Part shown: positions 53,441 through 64,000 of the stretch, piece by piece
Layout: every line of letters starts with the position of its first letter
Position numbering within the stretch: the first letter of the stretch is position 1
DNA from: Lama glama
Taxonomy: Eukaryota
NCBI GenBank assembly: GCA_028534125.1
Contig: CM052817.1
Location: 58,468,001-58,532,000, forward strand
Reading direction: 5' to 3'
Length of the DNA stretch: 64,000 nt
Notes under the pieces: generated by a model
Database searches by the model: none
The model's input: the letters and a program-made list of their open reading frames with translations, nothing else
Told to the model about the DNA's origin: nothing
Program-made: the position numbers and the translations under genes

Positions 53441-55627
53441 TGATTAATTCCAAAAACATATTACCTAGGCTTTAGAAATTTCAATATGTAAAACAACCTA
53501 TTCAAAGTGGTAATTTACATGGCTAAAGCCTAGAATAGAAATAGTATCCCCAGCTTGTTCTCAGTTATTAAATTATTGGTTTATTTCTTTACAAAGCATT
53601 AGTCTCTGAATTTGAAGATATGAAAATGAATAATACATGCCCTGAAAGAATTTTTAAAATATGTTTTAAAGCAAGATATGTCTGAGTTTTGGAAGGATAT
53701 TAGAAATTTTATCAGGTTAATTAAAATAATGACCAAAAATTTATCTTACATGAGTACTGTCCATATTGATGTATTATTTTTCTTTTAAAAAGTGTTGTTT
53801 ATATTACTTTAAGTTATTTTTTATACTGCAGAGGCAATCTGCTATAGTGATCACAATATACTATCCTGTGCTAAGACGGACTGCTCAGATTTGAGTATCA
53901 GCTCTCACTAGATCCATATGACTTTGGGCAAAGTGTTAATCTCTTTCAGAAGTCGAATTACTAAGTAAGGGCATATTCTGCTAGATAATATCAAAGATTT
54001 TCCAAACTGTTTGTACCAAATTACTGTCCCTCTGGGTATATTCATGTAATAGAATGCTTTAAGTTCACGAATCATCATGTCCCACAAAGAATATTTTGAA
54101 CTCAAAACCCAATTCACAGATAAATTCATACAGAATATGGAGTTTCAAAATATACAAAGCTAAATAATATATTATTAAAGAATTTATATTAAAAGTATGG
54201 GGATAGTATACATAATATTCCAGGTGAGATTACCTGTGTAGAAGTAGTGGGTGGGAGAGGGATAGATATGTGCAGTTAAAGAGGGGCTTTGTAGATATTA
54301 TTTATTTTATATTTACAGTATATTTTCTTAGATGTTTCTGTCAAAATCATTGCATATACATGGTATTTTATTATATATGTTTAATGTTACCTTAACTCAG
54401 CCTTCCTGAATTATTTGTACTCTGGCTCCCTGTCCAACTCCACCCTCTACAATGCTGTTTTCCTCTGTATTTCTCTTCCTGGGAAAGTTGCAGGAGTATT
54501 TTGCCTACTGCTTTGCCGTTGGTGTATCTTCTGATATTTATTTGACGTCAAACTGAAAATGAAGTGGGATTAAGGTGAGAAACTAGAGAATCCTCCTCTG
54601 GTATGTGTACTTACATAATATGCCTGTTAAAAACAAACTGCAACCTACAGTATTAACAATAAGTACCACCCTCATTGTACCTGAGTGCTGTGGTTATTTG
54701 TGTTATAATCATATTCAATAATTAAACAAATAACCACTAATATGGTTTTGCTGTGCATGTCTAACTTTTAATTTTCTTCATGAATCCAGCATTAATGTCT
54801 CAGTTGTAATACAAGTCACATACCATTGTGTAATTTGATGGGCTAAATCTGACAAGAATTTCAGGCTGCAACATAGCAGATATACAGTGGATGACACCCT
54901 GCAGGATCTCTGAGGCATGCTTAGAGCGTTCAGTGCTTCTGGTGGGGGAGGGAAGGAGAGAGCAGACAGCCACTTAAACAAACGGTCCTGAAGGAAGCCT
55001 TGCAACTGTGTTGCTTGGAGACACATCTTTACTAAAATTGTGGTTTTTGTTTGAAAAATCAGAGACTAAGGTGTATTTAACTACAATGAAAAATGCCTAT
55101 TTTTAATCACTGACTTCATAAAAGATCGTGTTACAAATTTAGACAACCTAAGGCAATTGCTTAGGAGTAACAGAAACCTTAAAGTATTCACATGTTTACC
55201 GATGAACAAAAGTGTTTTTGCATCTAGTGACTCATTAAGATGGAGGACAGTTATTCCTTAACCATTTCGTTTTAACCTTGATAAAAATGACAACTTCAGA
55301 AAATTAGAATTGACTTTTAGTGTGAATTTACTTACAGAAATATGGATGTTTCCTGGTTCAAATATTATAGTTTTAAATGGATTATTTGCTGTATTGTCTT
55401 TTAAAGTAAAATGCGTTCTTTATAGCGGACTAGCTATTAATTGAATAAAAAGAACTCCAATTATATTTATGACAAATACATGTGAAAATAGATTTATCAG
55501 ATGTTCTCTTTGATTAGATGGACTTCTGTAAGTAAGAGGAGTTGAGTTTAAAAAGAAGAATGAATTATTATAAAAGATTTTATTCACTTACCTGAAAAAT
55601 AGACAAATACTGTTATCCATAATCTTC

Positions 55628-55822
55628 ATTAGGGATTAGCAAACTTTTACTGTAAAGTCCTGGCTATCTAGTCAGGATTGCAACAGCTCAAGTAAGTTGT
55701 AGTAAGAAAGCAGCTGTATGACCTAAACCAATGAACATAGCTAGAATCCCATAAAATTTTATTTACAAAAAAAGGCAGCGGGTCAGATTTTGTTTTTGTT
55801 CTCAGCCAGTCATTCCATACTC
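55628..55822. mobile_element. MER58A-like hAT MITE
   Basis: agggattagcaaacttttactgtaaag...tgtagtaagaaagcagc...cccataaaattttatttacaaaaa..ggcagcgggtcagattt. Confidence 0.72.
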
Positions 55823-55854
55823 CTTCAGAGAGAGGTGATTAATGTATCACAAGG

Positions 55855-56082
55855 AGGCATTGTGTGGTTAAGAGAATTAGATTAAGGAGCCAAAACATAG
55901 GGTCTAAATCCCATCTCTTTACTTACTAGCTGAGTGACCCTAGACAAGTTAAACCAACCCTGCAGGTAATAATACTAACATATCACTTAGGTTTGTGGAC
56001 AATATTAAATGTGTTAATATGCTTAAAATGTACGGAACAGTTGGACACATAGCAAATGCTCAATGTGTATTAGTTATTATTT
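55855..56082 (+). mobile_element. MIR SINE
   Basis: gtggttaagag...aaatcccatctctttacttactagctgagtgaccctagacaagtta...cacatagcaaatgctcaatgtgtattagttattatt. Confidence 0.8.
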
Positions 56083-57230
56083 TACTATCACGAAGTCTGA
56101 GAACCACTAGTGAAAGAAAGATCATGGATTTGCCATGAGGCAAACCTGAATTCACATCTTACTTAGATCTACAACAATTCCTCAATATTTATTCTATTTT
56201 ATTCACTTTCTTTGAGGAGCGTTATGTTTCCACATGGAGAAAAAGAGGACAAAAATTCTTAGAAATTTTATTGTGAAGATTAGATTTAAATTGTGTCTGA
56301 CAAGGAAAGGTCTAAATAAATATTAGTTCCCTTTGCTCCCCACCTCCCCACTTTTCAAAAATTTATTTTAATACTACTTTTAAACTTCTTACCCAGATTG
56401 AGATTTGATTCTGGCTTCATAGCACATACATGCTTCTTATTTCCCCTAGAACTGGCCTGTGATTTTGGGGTTCATATTTCTTGCATTCTCCAGAGCTGAA
56501 GTCTGGCCCTTGAGCCCCAGTTTTGTTGCAGAGATTATTTTCCTGGTTCACAGAATTTCTAAGTACTGCTAAACCAGTGATGAAATTCATGATTTTACAG
56601 TAAATTTTACATTGATATCAGTGAATAAATAATATGTCCAAATATAGCACCTATCATTAGATTTTAAAATTTTTCCAGAATTTTGTTTTTAACAAATATT
56701 AATAAATGTTTGCTGAAACAAAAGTCTTTTTTAAAATTATTTTCTTGCAAGGAATTCTGTGTTACAGAAGTGCTTTTTCTTAGCTTTTGTTTGCAGCCAA
56801 CATGTGATTTTAAATCATCTCCCTCTTTCCCTAAATAATTCTGCTTTCCCTCAAGGTGGCACTTTGTCTAGATTTACCACTTATGATTTTTTTTTCCCTC
56901 TTAGTGCTTCATTTTATTTTTAGTTACAAAATAAAAAATTTCAAATGATTAGTTCATAACAATGGTCAAAACATTAATGCAAATTTTTTTTTAAATTTGA
57001 GCCCTTTTTTCTGAAATTAAAGAGCTATTCTCATTGCATAGTTTCAATATGAATAAAAAGAAAACAAAGCCTTTTGCTGAATTACAAAGGTTTATAATTG
57101 CTATATTACATCAACATTGTGAAGCACTTAACTGCTTCATAATCCTAAATTGCTACTATTTCAACCATCTATTTTTATTTTACATTTTTTATTGATTCAT
57201 AATCATTTTACAGTGTTGTGTCAAATTCCA

Positions 57231-57730
57231 NNNNNNNNNNNNNNNNNNNNNNNNNNNNNNNNNNNNNNNNNNNNNNNNNNNNNNNNNNNNNNNNNNNNNN
57301 NNNNNNNNNNNNNNNNNNNNNNNNNNNNNNNNNNNNNNNNNNNNNNNNNNNNNNNNNNNNNNNNNNNNNNNNNNNNNNNNNNNNNNNNNNNNNNNNNNNN
57401 NNNNNNNNNNNNNNNNNNNNNNNNNNNNNNNNNNNNNNNNNNNNNNNNNNNNNNNNNNNNNNNNNNNNNNNNNNNNNNNNNNNNNNNNNNNNNNNNNNNN
57501 NNNNNNNNNNNNNNNNNNNNNNNNNNNNNNNNNNNNNNNNNNNNNNNNNNNNNNNNNNNNNNNNNNNNNNNNNNNNNNNNNNNNNNNNNNNNNNNNNNNN
57601 NNNNNNNNNNNNNNNNNNNNNNNNNNNNNNNNNNNNNNNNNNNNNNNNNNNNNNNNNNNNNNNNNNNNNNNNNNNNNNNNNNNNNNNNNNNNNNNNNNNN
57701 NNNNNNNNNNNNNNNNNNNNNNNNNNNNNN
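57231..57730. other. Assembly gap, exactly 500 N
   Basis: Directly visible; round size suggests a placeholder. Confidence 0.99.
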
Positions 57731-58058
57731 GTTCTGTCAGTCAAGGGCTGCTCTGTACAGATCCGAGCCTCGGAGGCTCCCCCTCCGTCCCGCTGGCCTC
57801 TCAGTTGGAGAGGGGAGACCCAGCGAGCGAGCGCCAGTCCTCCTTTGCCGCTCCCTCCCGGTGGGACCCGTCCCGTGCTGCTTTGCCTTTTGTTCTTTCT
57901 TTTTTCCTTATCTCCTACCAGATTTTTGTTGTCTTTATCTTTTGAAGAGGGCGATGATCTGTTGGAGATCCGTAGGTGCTCTGGTTGGCTGAGTGGGTCT
58001 GTAGATGTGGGTCTTGGTGTATTTGTGGGAGAGGGCGACCTACAAGCGTCCTTCTACT

Positions 58059-58078
58059 CCGCCATCTTGCCCGGAAGT
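58059..58078 (-). promoter_or_regulatory. YY1 site (CCGCCATCTTG) and ETS-type site (CCGGAAGT) at the L1 5' end
   Basis: Exact motifs at 58059-58069 and 58071-58078; a YY1 site near +10 to +20 is a known L1 promoter feature. Confidence 0.75.
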
Positions 58079-60851
58079 CTACCACTTATGATTTAAAACA
58101 TTGTTTTAATAACATAATCTAGGATGAAATTTAATTATAATTTATGGTTACCTTAATTATATTATGATATTTATTTCTTATTTAGGGCTTTCCAAAAAAC
58201 TGGCAGTCAGCCTATTGCTTTGTTTTATTTAACTCTTGGATCATCTACTGTGGTTTGGACAGATGGTTATGGATAGAGTGTGGTCTAATTCAGTATCTGC
58301 TGGAAGTGCTATGTCCCAATATACCTCTGTTGCTTTTGAAACCTAAAGCCCATTTTGTAATATTATAATGCTTCCTCATTCACTACACATTCTTGAAAAA
58401 TATTCTTTTATTTAAGGACTTTAGAAATTTCCTTGGCTGAGGCTATGTCAAATGTAACTGCCACTGGAGAGGTAATTGCATCCTGTAAATATTCTTGAAT
58501 TGTTTCTTTTGGACATTTCTCTTTACTTAGTTGACATTCAAGACTATCTATCTTACTGTCAAATTGTTTAGTACCTACCAACACTATACTTTTTCCATCA
58601 AGAACACTTCAGAAAAGGAAACAATTTTTTAGTAATTAATGGAGGGCAAAAAGGCACTTAAAATTGCTGTGGATATATATAACTCTGCGAACCACAGGCC
58701 AAGAAACTGTTGGTACTGATTTTTGGGAGCAAAAATCCTACAGATAATGTCTACATCTACAGCAAATACAGGAATTATTGTTGAAAGATAGTCACTCAAT
58801 ATAGTAATTCAAGTATGCATTTTAGAATATTGCAATATTAGAGAATTGATGAGCTACCAGGATACCACCTGTGTGTGTGTGCACTTCCACACGTGTGGGT
58901 GCAATGTGCACAGGTAAGTAGGTTTTGTTGGGGGTTGTTGAATATATATATTGTATGTGTTGTGGTTGAGAGGCAGGGTTGAAAAGTCTCTTAAAAATAG
59001 GTCCAAAAAGTAAAGGCCCTAAATTTGTAGTTGTCATCTATTTGTTTCTTTCCTGGCAGATTAGATTTGGCCTTATTAAAAGATCCTTACAACCTTGCCA
59101 AACATTCTGGCATGCTCATTAAAGGCACATGTGGCCATATGTCTGCATTCAGTCTTCCTTCTGAGTCCTTCTCGGTATCCTGTTGTCATCTTGTACCTGC
59201 TTTCCTCACTAGATTCACTTAGTTTACTATTCCTGCCTGCTTTTTGGCTCTTTCACCTTTGTTGCCCATGCACTGATCTTTCTCCCTCTTAGTAGTAATA
59301 CAAGGAATAGATTACCTTTTAACAACCCACCTCTCCCTGCCTTTTATATTACCCTTCAGACATTTCATATATTTTTACTTCCTTAAGGAAATTCCTGGTT
59401 TGTTTGACCAAACACAGCAGGAGTGACCTGGGCTCCACTTTAAATCTTACAAAATATCTCCTCACTCAGGACTTAGGATTTCCCGGTCCTTTCCCCTTCC
59501 TCCCTACCCCCGACATACTCTTTTCATTGTAAATCACAGCCCAAGAGAAAAGGTGCTTTTCTACCAGTGCTTCAGATATCCAGTCTCTCAGCTCATCAGG
59601 CTTCCCCCCGCAAACTGAATTCTTGGTCATGGAATAATAGTCAAGCATTTAGCTTTAATTAAGGAAACCTCGCTTATCTCATTATAATGAGAATTATTTT
59701 CCTTAACACCTGTAGCTATTCATGGTAGTTTAACAACTGTTTTCCTGATTATAAACTTCGGTGAGGTTTTTACTAACTAAGTGAGTCAAGTGCCACAAGC
59801 TTCATGGAAGTGTTTTCTGTATAATTTCTGAGCGTGAGACATGGGCAGGGACAGGTACTCTACTGTTTGTGTTTGAGAAGTAGTAACTCTACTAATTCTG
59901 TATCTGCTTTTTTTCCCAGATAGATACGTGTGACTATGTTTATTATCTTTAACAGAGTTTTGTAGACATCATAGAGATATTGATCAATTTAGCAACTATT
60001 ACTATGTCATACCTCTTAGAAATGTTCCTTCTACTGTGCTCTGAAAATTAAAACAAAACATTAGAACAAAAACTATCATAGCTTTTTTCTCACAAGTGTG
60101 CTATGTATTTGTTAGGTAAGTAATATGAATGAAATGAATACTCAGTAATGATAAATCATTGTGAAAAGTGACAATTTTTAAAATAGTGTTGATATTTTAA
60201 AATGTACACAAAATATTTCTTTTAAAGTAACACTGATTGTAGGATGCCACATAGGAAAATAAAAAAAGGAAAATTCAGATCTTTATTTTACACTTCATTA
60301 GGACAAGTTCAAATGGACTTTGTCCTAAGAGGTTTGGAAGTAAAAGTTCAACATAGTAAGAAATCTGGATGAATAAAGGAACTTATCAGTTAGTAAGTAT
60401 TAACCATTGTTACTTGGTTTGTGATAGGTGATATTTTAGAATAAAAGAGAGTCATGCCTGTATTCAAAATCTAAATGGGAAAACATTTTTAAATGAGATA
60501 TTTTATATTGTATTTTAATTGAACCTCCATTTCTTAAGAGGATTTTTTTTAATTGGCTAACTGCTTGGGCTTTGTATTTATTTTTTAAATTTAATATTAG
60601 GTTATTAGTATTTTATTTTATAGCCCTCTTAATTCAGTTTGTACATAAACTCCCAATCTTCTGTTCAGTTTTTCGACAAATATTGACTGAATAACAATTT
60701 CTTAGGCTACAAAAAGAAACAATGAAAAGAGGAGGAAAGGAAGGATAGAAGGAAAGAAGACAGGACTTGCTCCCAAAAGAGAGGTATAAAAGTTTCTTGG
60801 ATTCAGAAAATAAAATTGAGCTTAGAGACTGAAGTTTCTATTGGTGTCAAA

Positions 60852-61203
60852 TACAGTTCAAGAGATAGCCCCCCAAATCCATATACTGAAGCTCTAACCC
60901 CAGTGTGACTCTATTTGGAGACAGGGCCTTTGAAGGAGTAATTACAGTTACATGAAATCATGAGGATGGGGCCCTAATCTGGTATGACTCGTGTCCTTGT
61001 AGTAAAAATAAAAGCTGGCACAGAGACAAGACCATGTAAACACACGAGAGAAGATGGTCACTTGTAAACAAAGGAGAAATCAAACTTCCCAGCACCTTAA
61101 CATTTAACTTCTGGGCTCCAGGACTCTGAGAAAATTAATCTTTGTTATGTGAACCACCCAGTCTGTTGTGTTTTGTTATGGCAGCCCTAGAAAACTAATA
61201 TAC
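60852..61203 (+). mobile_element. MaLR solo LTR (MLT1A/B-like)
   Basis: ccccaaatccatatactgaagctctaaccccagtgtgactctatttggagacagggccttt...ccacccagtctgttgtgttttgttatggcagccctagaaaactaatata. Confidence 0.88.
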
Positions 61204-62104
61204 TAGCCAACATCCCAAATAGAAGGAACCAAGTCAAGAGTAGATTTCTACACAGAGATCCTGAGGACTTTGCTGTGCTGGTGCAGAGGACCACCAAGAG
61301 AATGACATAGTGTTACAACATTAGTTAAAAAAACAGAAACTAGCTGCTTGTTCTGACACATTCATCTGTGCATGTGCCGGAAGGGCTCCGTACCAGCTTT
61401 GTGCTGTTTTAAGAAAGGGGCAATACTCCCTGAACGGTTTCATTGTTAAATGAAGAGGCCAAGAGGTTTAATTTCCTGCTGATTTTTTGTCTGAAAGTAG
61501 CAGTCCTGGCTAGAAATCCTTCTGTGGTCAACATGCAGGATTTGCTGGAGTAGATTATTGAGGGGATAAAGATCAACTTAGAGTGATCCAGGTTTAAGGT
61601 AACGAAGGTGTGGAGTGGAGCGGAGTCAAGAGGTATCTAGAAAAAGAGCAGGAACTGAACGTTGTGGTTGAAATAAAGAGATACAAGACTGATTTTGTAT
61701 AGGGATTGAGGAGAAAACACATGGAAAATTGTCCTGATATTATAAACCTGGAGAGTGGAAGGAATGGCACTGCCCAACATTAAGGAGAAATTTCAAAGTT
61801 CTAGCTCTGGAGACAAAATCATCAGCTTGATTTGATTTATGCTGGATTTGAGCTACTAGTGTCTTATCCAAGTGGCTTATTTGTATGACTTGTGAATAAG
61901 TCATCAACACAGAAGAGGCTATGATAAAAGGCCATGCCTAAAGGTACGCATTTGTGCATTTATTTGCTCAGATATGCTTAAATGCTGATGTAATTCATTA
62001 TCATTCTGTGATTTGTGAAGCGAAGGTTAAGAGAGAAGCATAGAAATAAGTGAGTCTGAAGAAGAGAACAGAGGTAAGGTATGCAAAGAAGCAGACTTAT
62101 AAAA

Positions 62105-62342
62105 TAATTAGCTAACATTTATATAGGGCTTATAGTGTGTCAGCCATTATTGTTGTCTTTTACAAATATTATCCCATTTCCTAACAGCCCTGTGATAATA
62201 GTGTTCTTATTATCATCTGTATTTCATAGGTAAGGGAGTAGAAATTCACAGTGGTTAGATATTTTGAAGCTAGGATTTTGAATAGCCAAAGCATTCAGAG
62301 CTTCAGAGCACATATTCTTAACCACCATTTATGCTGCCTCTC
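62105..62342 (-). mobile_element. MIR SINE
   Basis: tagctaacatttatatagggcttatagtgtgtcag...aacagccctgtga...ctaggattttgaa...cttcagagcacatattcttaaccacc..atgctgcctc. Confidence 0.78.
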
Positions 62343-62361
62343 CAAAAAAGCATAGATCTGG

Positions 62362-62610
62362 GCAGTTTGAGATTCGCAGGTACTAACTACTATGTATAAA
62401 ATAGCTAAACAACAAGTTTCTACTGAATAGCAGAGGGAATTATATTCAGTATCTTTTAGTAACCTATAATGAGAAAGAATATGAAAAGGAATATATGTAT
62501 GTGTATGTTTGACTGAAATATTATGCTGTAAACCAGAAATTGACAAACCATTGTAAACTGACTATACTTCAACTAAAAAAAATTAAAATACATTTAAAAA
62601 ATTAAAAAAT
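62362..62610 (+). mobile_element. Young 5'-truncated L1 3' end with TSD
   Basis: gtttgagattcgcaggtactaactact...ccagaaattgacaaaccattgtaaactgactatacttcaact(A-rich); TSD atagatctgg at 62352-62361 and 62611-62620. Confidence 0.9.
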
Positions 62611-62986
62611 ATAGATCTGGTGAAAAAAAGATGAAAAGAGTGGGGGTGAAGGGGAGAATATTCTTAAATGAAAAGGAAAGGATTGTCATAGTCAAATTTT
62701 CTATAGAAGAAAGGACAATGAAAAGTTTGTTGGAGTAGATTAAAGATGAAGTCCTTAATTTTAGAAAAGAACAAAGTAATATAGTGACAGGATAGGTGGG
62801 ATTCCAGGATTCTAATAGATTTTGGATGAAAATTATGATGAGAAAAGGAAGTTTATAAATGGGAACAGTCATTCTTTAAAAAAATACAATTTTGAAATGA
62901 AAAGAGGGGAGATAATTGGTGAATGGAAGAAAGCACCGCCTCTCTGGCCCCTTCTCTTCACTTGCTGATCATCTCTCTTCTTAAAT

Positions 62987-63280
62987 ACAGCCAGCCCTCC
63001 ACATCCATGGGTTCAGCATCCAAGGAGACAACCAACCATGCATGAGTGAACATTTTCAGGGGGAAAAAAATTCTTGAAATTTCCAAAAAACAGAACTTGA
63101 ATTTACCATATGCTGGCAACTATTTACATAGCATTTACACTGTATTAGGTAATATGAGTGGTCTAGGGATAATTTAAAGTATACAGGAAGATGTGGGTAG
63201 GTTTTATGCAAATACTACATATTTTTTATGAGGAACCTGAGCATTTGAGGATTTTGGTACCTCGGGGGGGGGTCCTGGTA
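62987..63280 (-). mobile_element. MER2B-like Tigger MITE
   Basis: tacagccagccctccacatccatgggttc...caactatttacatagcatttacactgtattagg...tttaaagtatacaggaagatgtg..atgcaaatacta...ggattttggta. Confidence 0.82.
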
Positions 63281-64000
63281 TGTCACCCTCCTTCACATTC
63301 AACGTGTTTATGAATGGTGCTTCTTAGTACTAATATTCCCTCTCCCCTAATAGCTAAGTGTTATTTTCACCACCATTTTCCTAAATACCAAGGCTTACAG
63401 CTTTCTTCTTGGCCAATGTGTCACTAAATCACTAAAATCCTTCTTTTCTCTCTCATCATTTATTCCCTATATTTGTTGTTTTCTCTAATCAATTCTTTAA
63501 TTAAAATTTTCATTGACTATAATATATGAAGTATTATAGTAGTCTCATAACCAAGAAGCAGCATTGCAAAGTGTTTATAAGAGCATAAGCTATTATATCA
63601 CATGGACTTTAGATAGAATCTCACCTCTGACATTTGCATACTAGTGCCTTTGGGGAAGTTATAATGTCTCCTACTTTGTTTCTTCATCAGTAGAATGAAG
63701 AGTTAAATAATGATATGTGAGAAAACTAGTAATTGTTTCATAGTTGAAAACAAACAGAGAGAGAAAGAGAAACAGGGAGAGGATAACTATTAAGGTTCTC
63801 CTTTCTCTTCCCGAATTCATTCTTATCTATTTCATCATGCTGTTTTTCTTCAAAAAATTCCAGCAAACCCTTATTTTATAGAAAATAAAGTCCAACTCCT
63901 CAACCTTTATTCAAAGCTCTTTGTAATTTGGTTATCTAGTTTTATCTCCTCGTTAATGTCTCTGCTCTGCTCTGGTCAATGTGCCCTTTTCAATATTCTC

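Larger units (their letters stand above)
57171..58080 (-). mobile_element. Young, probably near full-length L1: 3' end (57171-57230), assembly gap, CpG-rich 5' UTR (57731-58080)
   Basis: Left part matches the 22005 L1 terminus (acattttttattg..tcattttaca.tgttgtgtcaaattcca); right part on the minus strand starts agacttccgggcaagatggcggagtagaaggacgc, a typical L1 5' end. Confidence 0.8.

Noticed and set aside
57150..58096. Long ORFs of 178-292 aa
   Set aside because: Artefacts of translating through 500 N.
1..64000. A novel multi-gene biological system
   Set aside because: No evidence: one host exon and familiar classes of repeats explain the window; no tRNA, rRNA, snRNA or processed pseudogene was recognised.

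Overview
AT-rich mammalian genomic DNA, almost entirely intronic. The only supportable coding sequence is one 208-bp internal exon (45412-45619, + strand) whose translation (NLSLKLTKDNDQEARFSHMSRMPSSPSADWPLQGVEENGGLDSLPFRLMLQDCTAVKTLLLKMKRVLQE) I recognise as CCSER1/FAM190A, a giant-intron gene. The rest is transposable-element debris: old and young L1, L2, MIR, MaLR/ERV1/ERVL solo LTRs, hAT and Tigger MITEs, and microsatellites, plus a 500-N gap inside what looks like a near full-length young antisense L1. I see cetartiodactyl-type L1 3' ends and no Alu, B1, Bov-tA/CHR, PRE-1 or Can-SINE, which suggests a camelid (inference). I found no convincing new biological system. The best leads are the gap-hidden L1 with intact 5' promoter motifs, ultra-short L1 insertions with TSDs, a possibly locally templated 45-bp insertion, a MITE hairpin, candidate recursive splice sites and paired RFX-like motifs. 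Repeat family names come from recalled consensus sequences, not a database run, and boundaries of old repeats are approximate.
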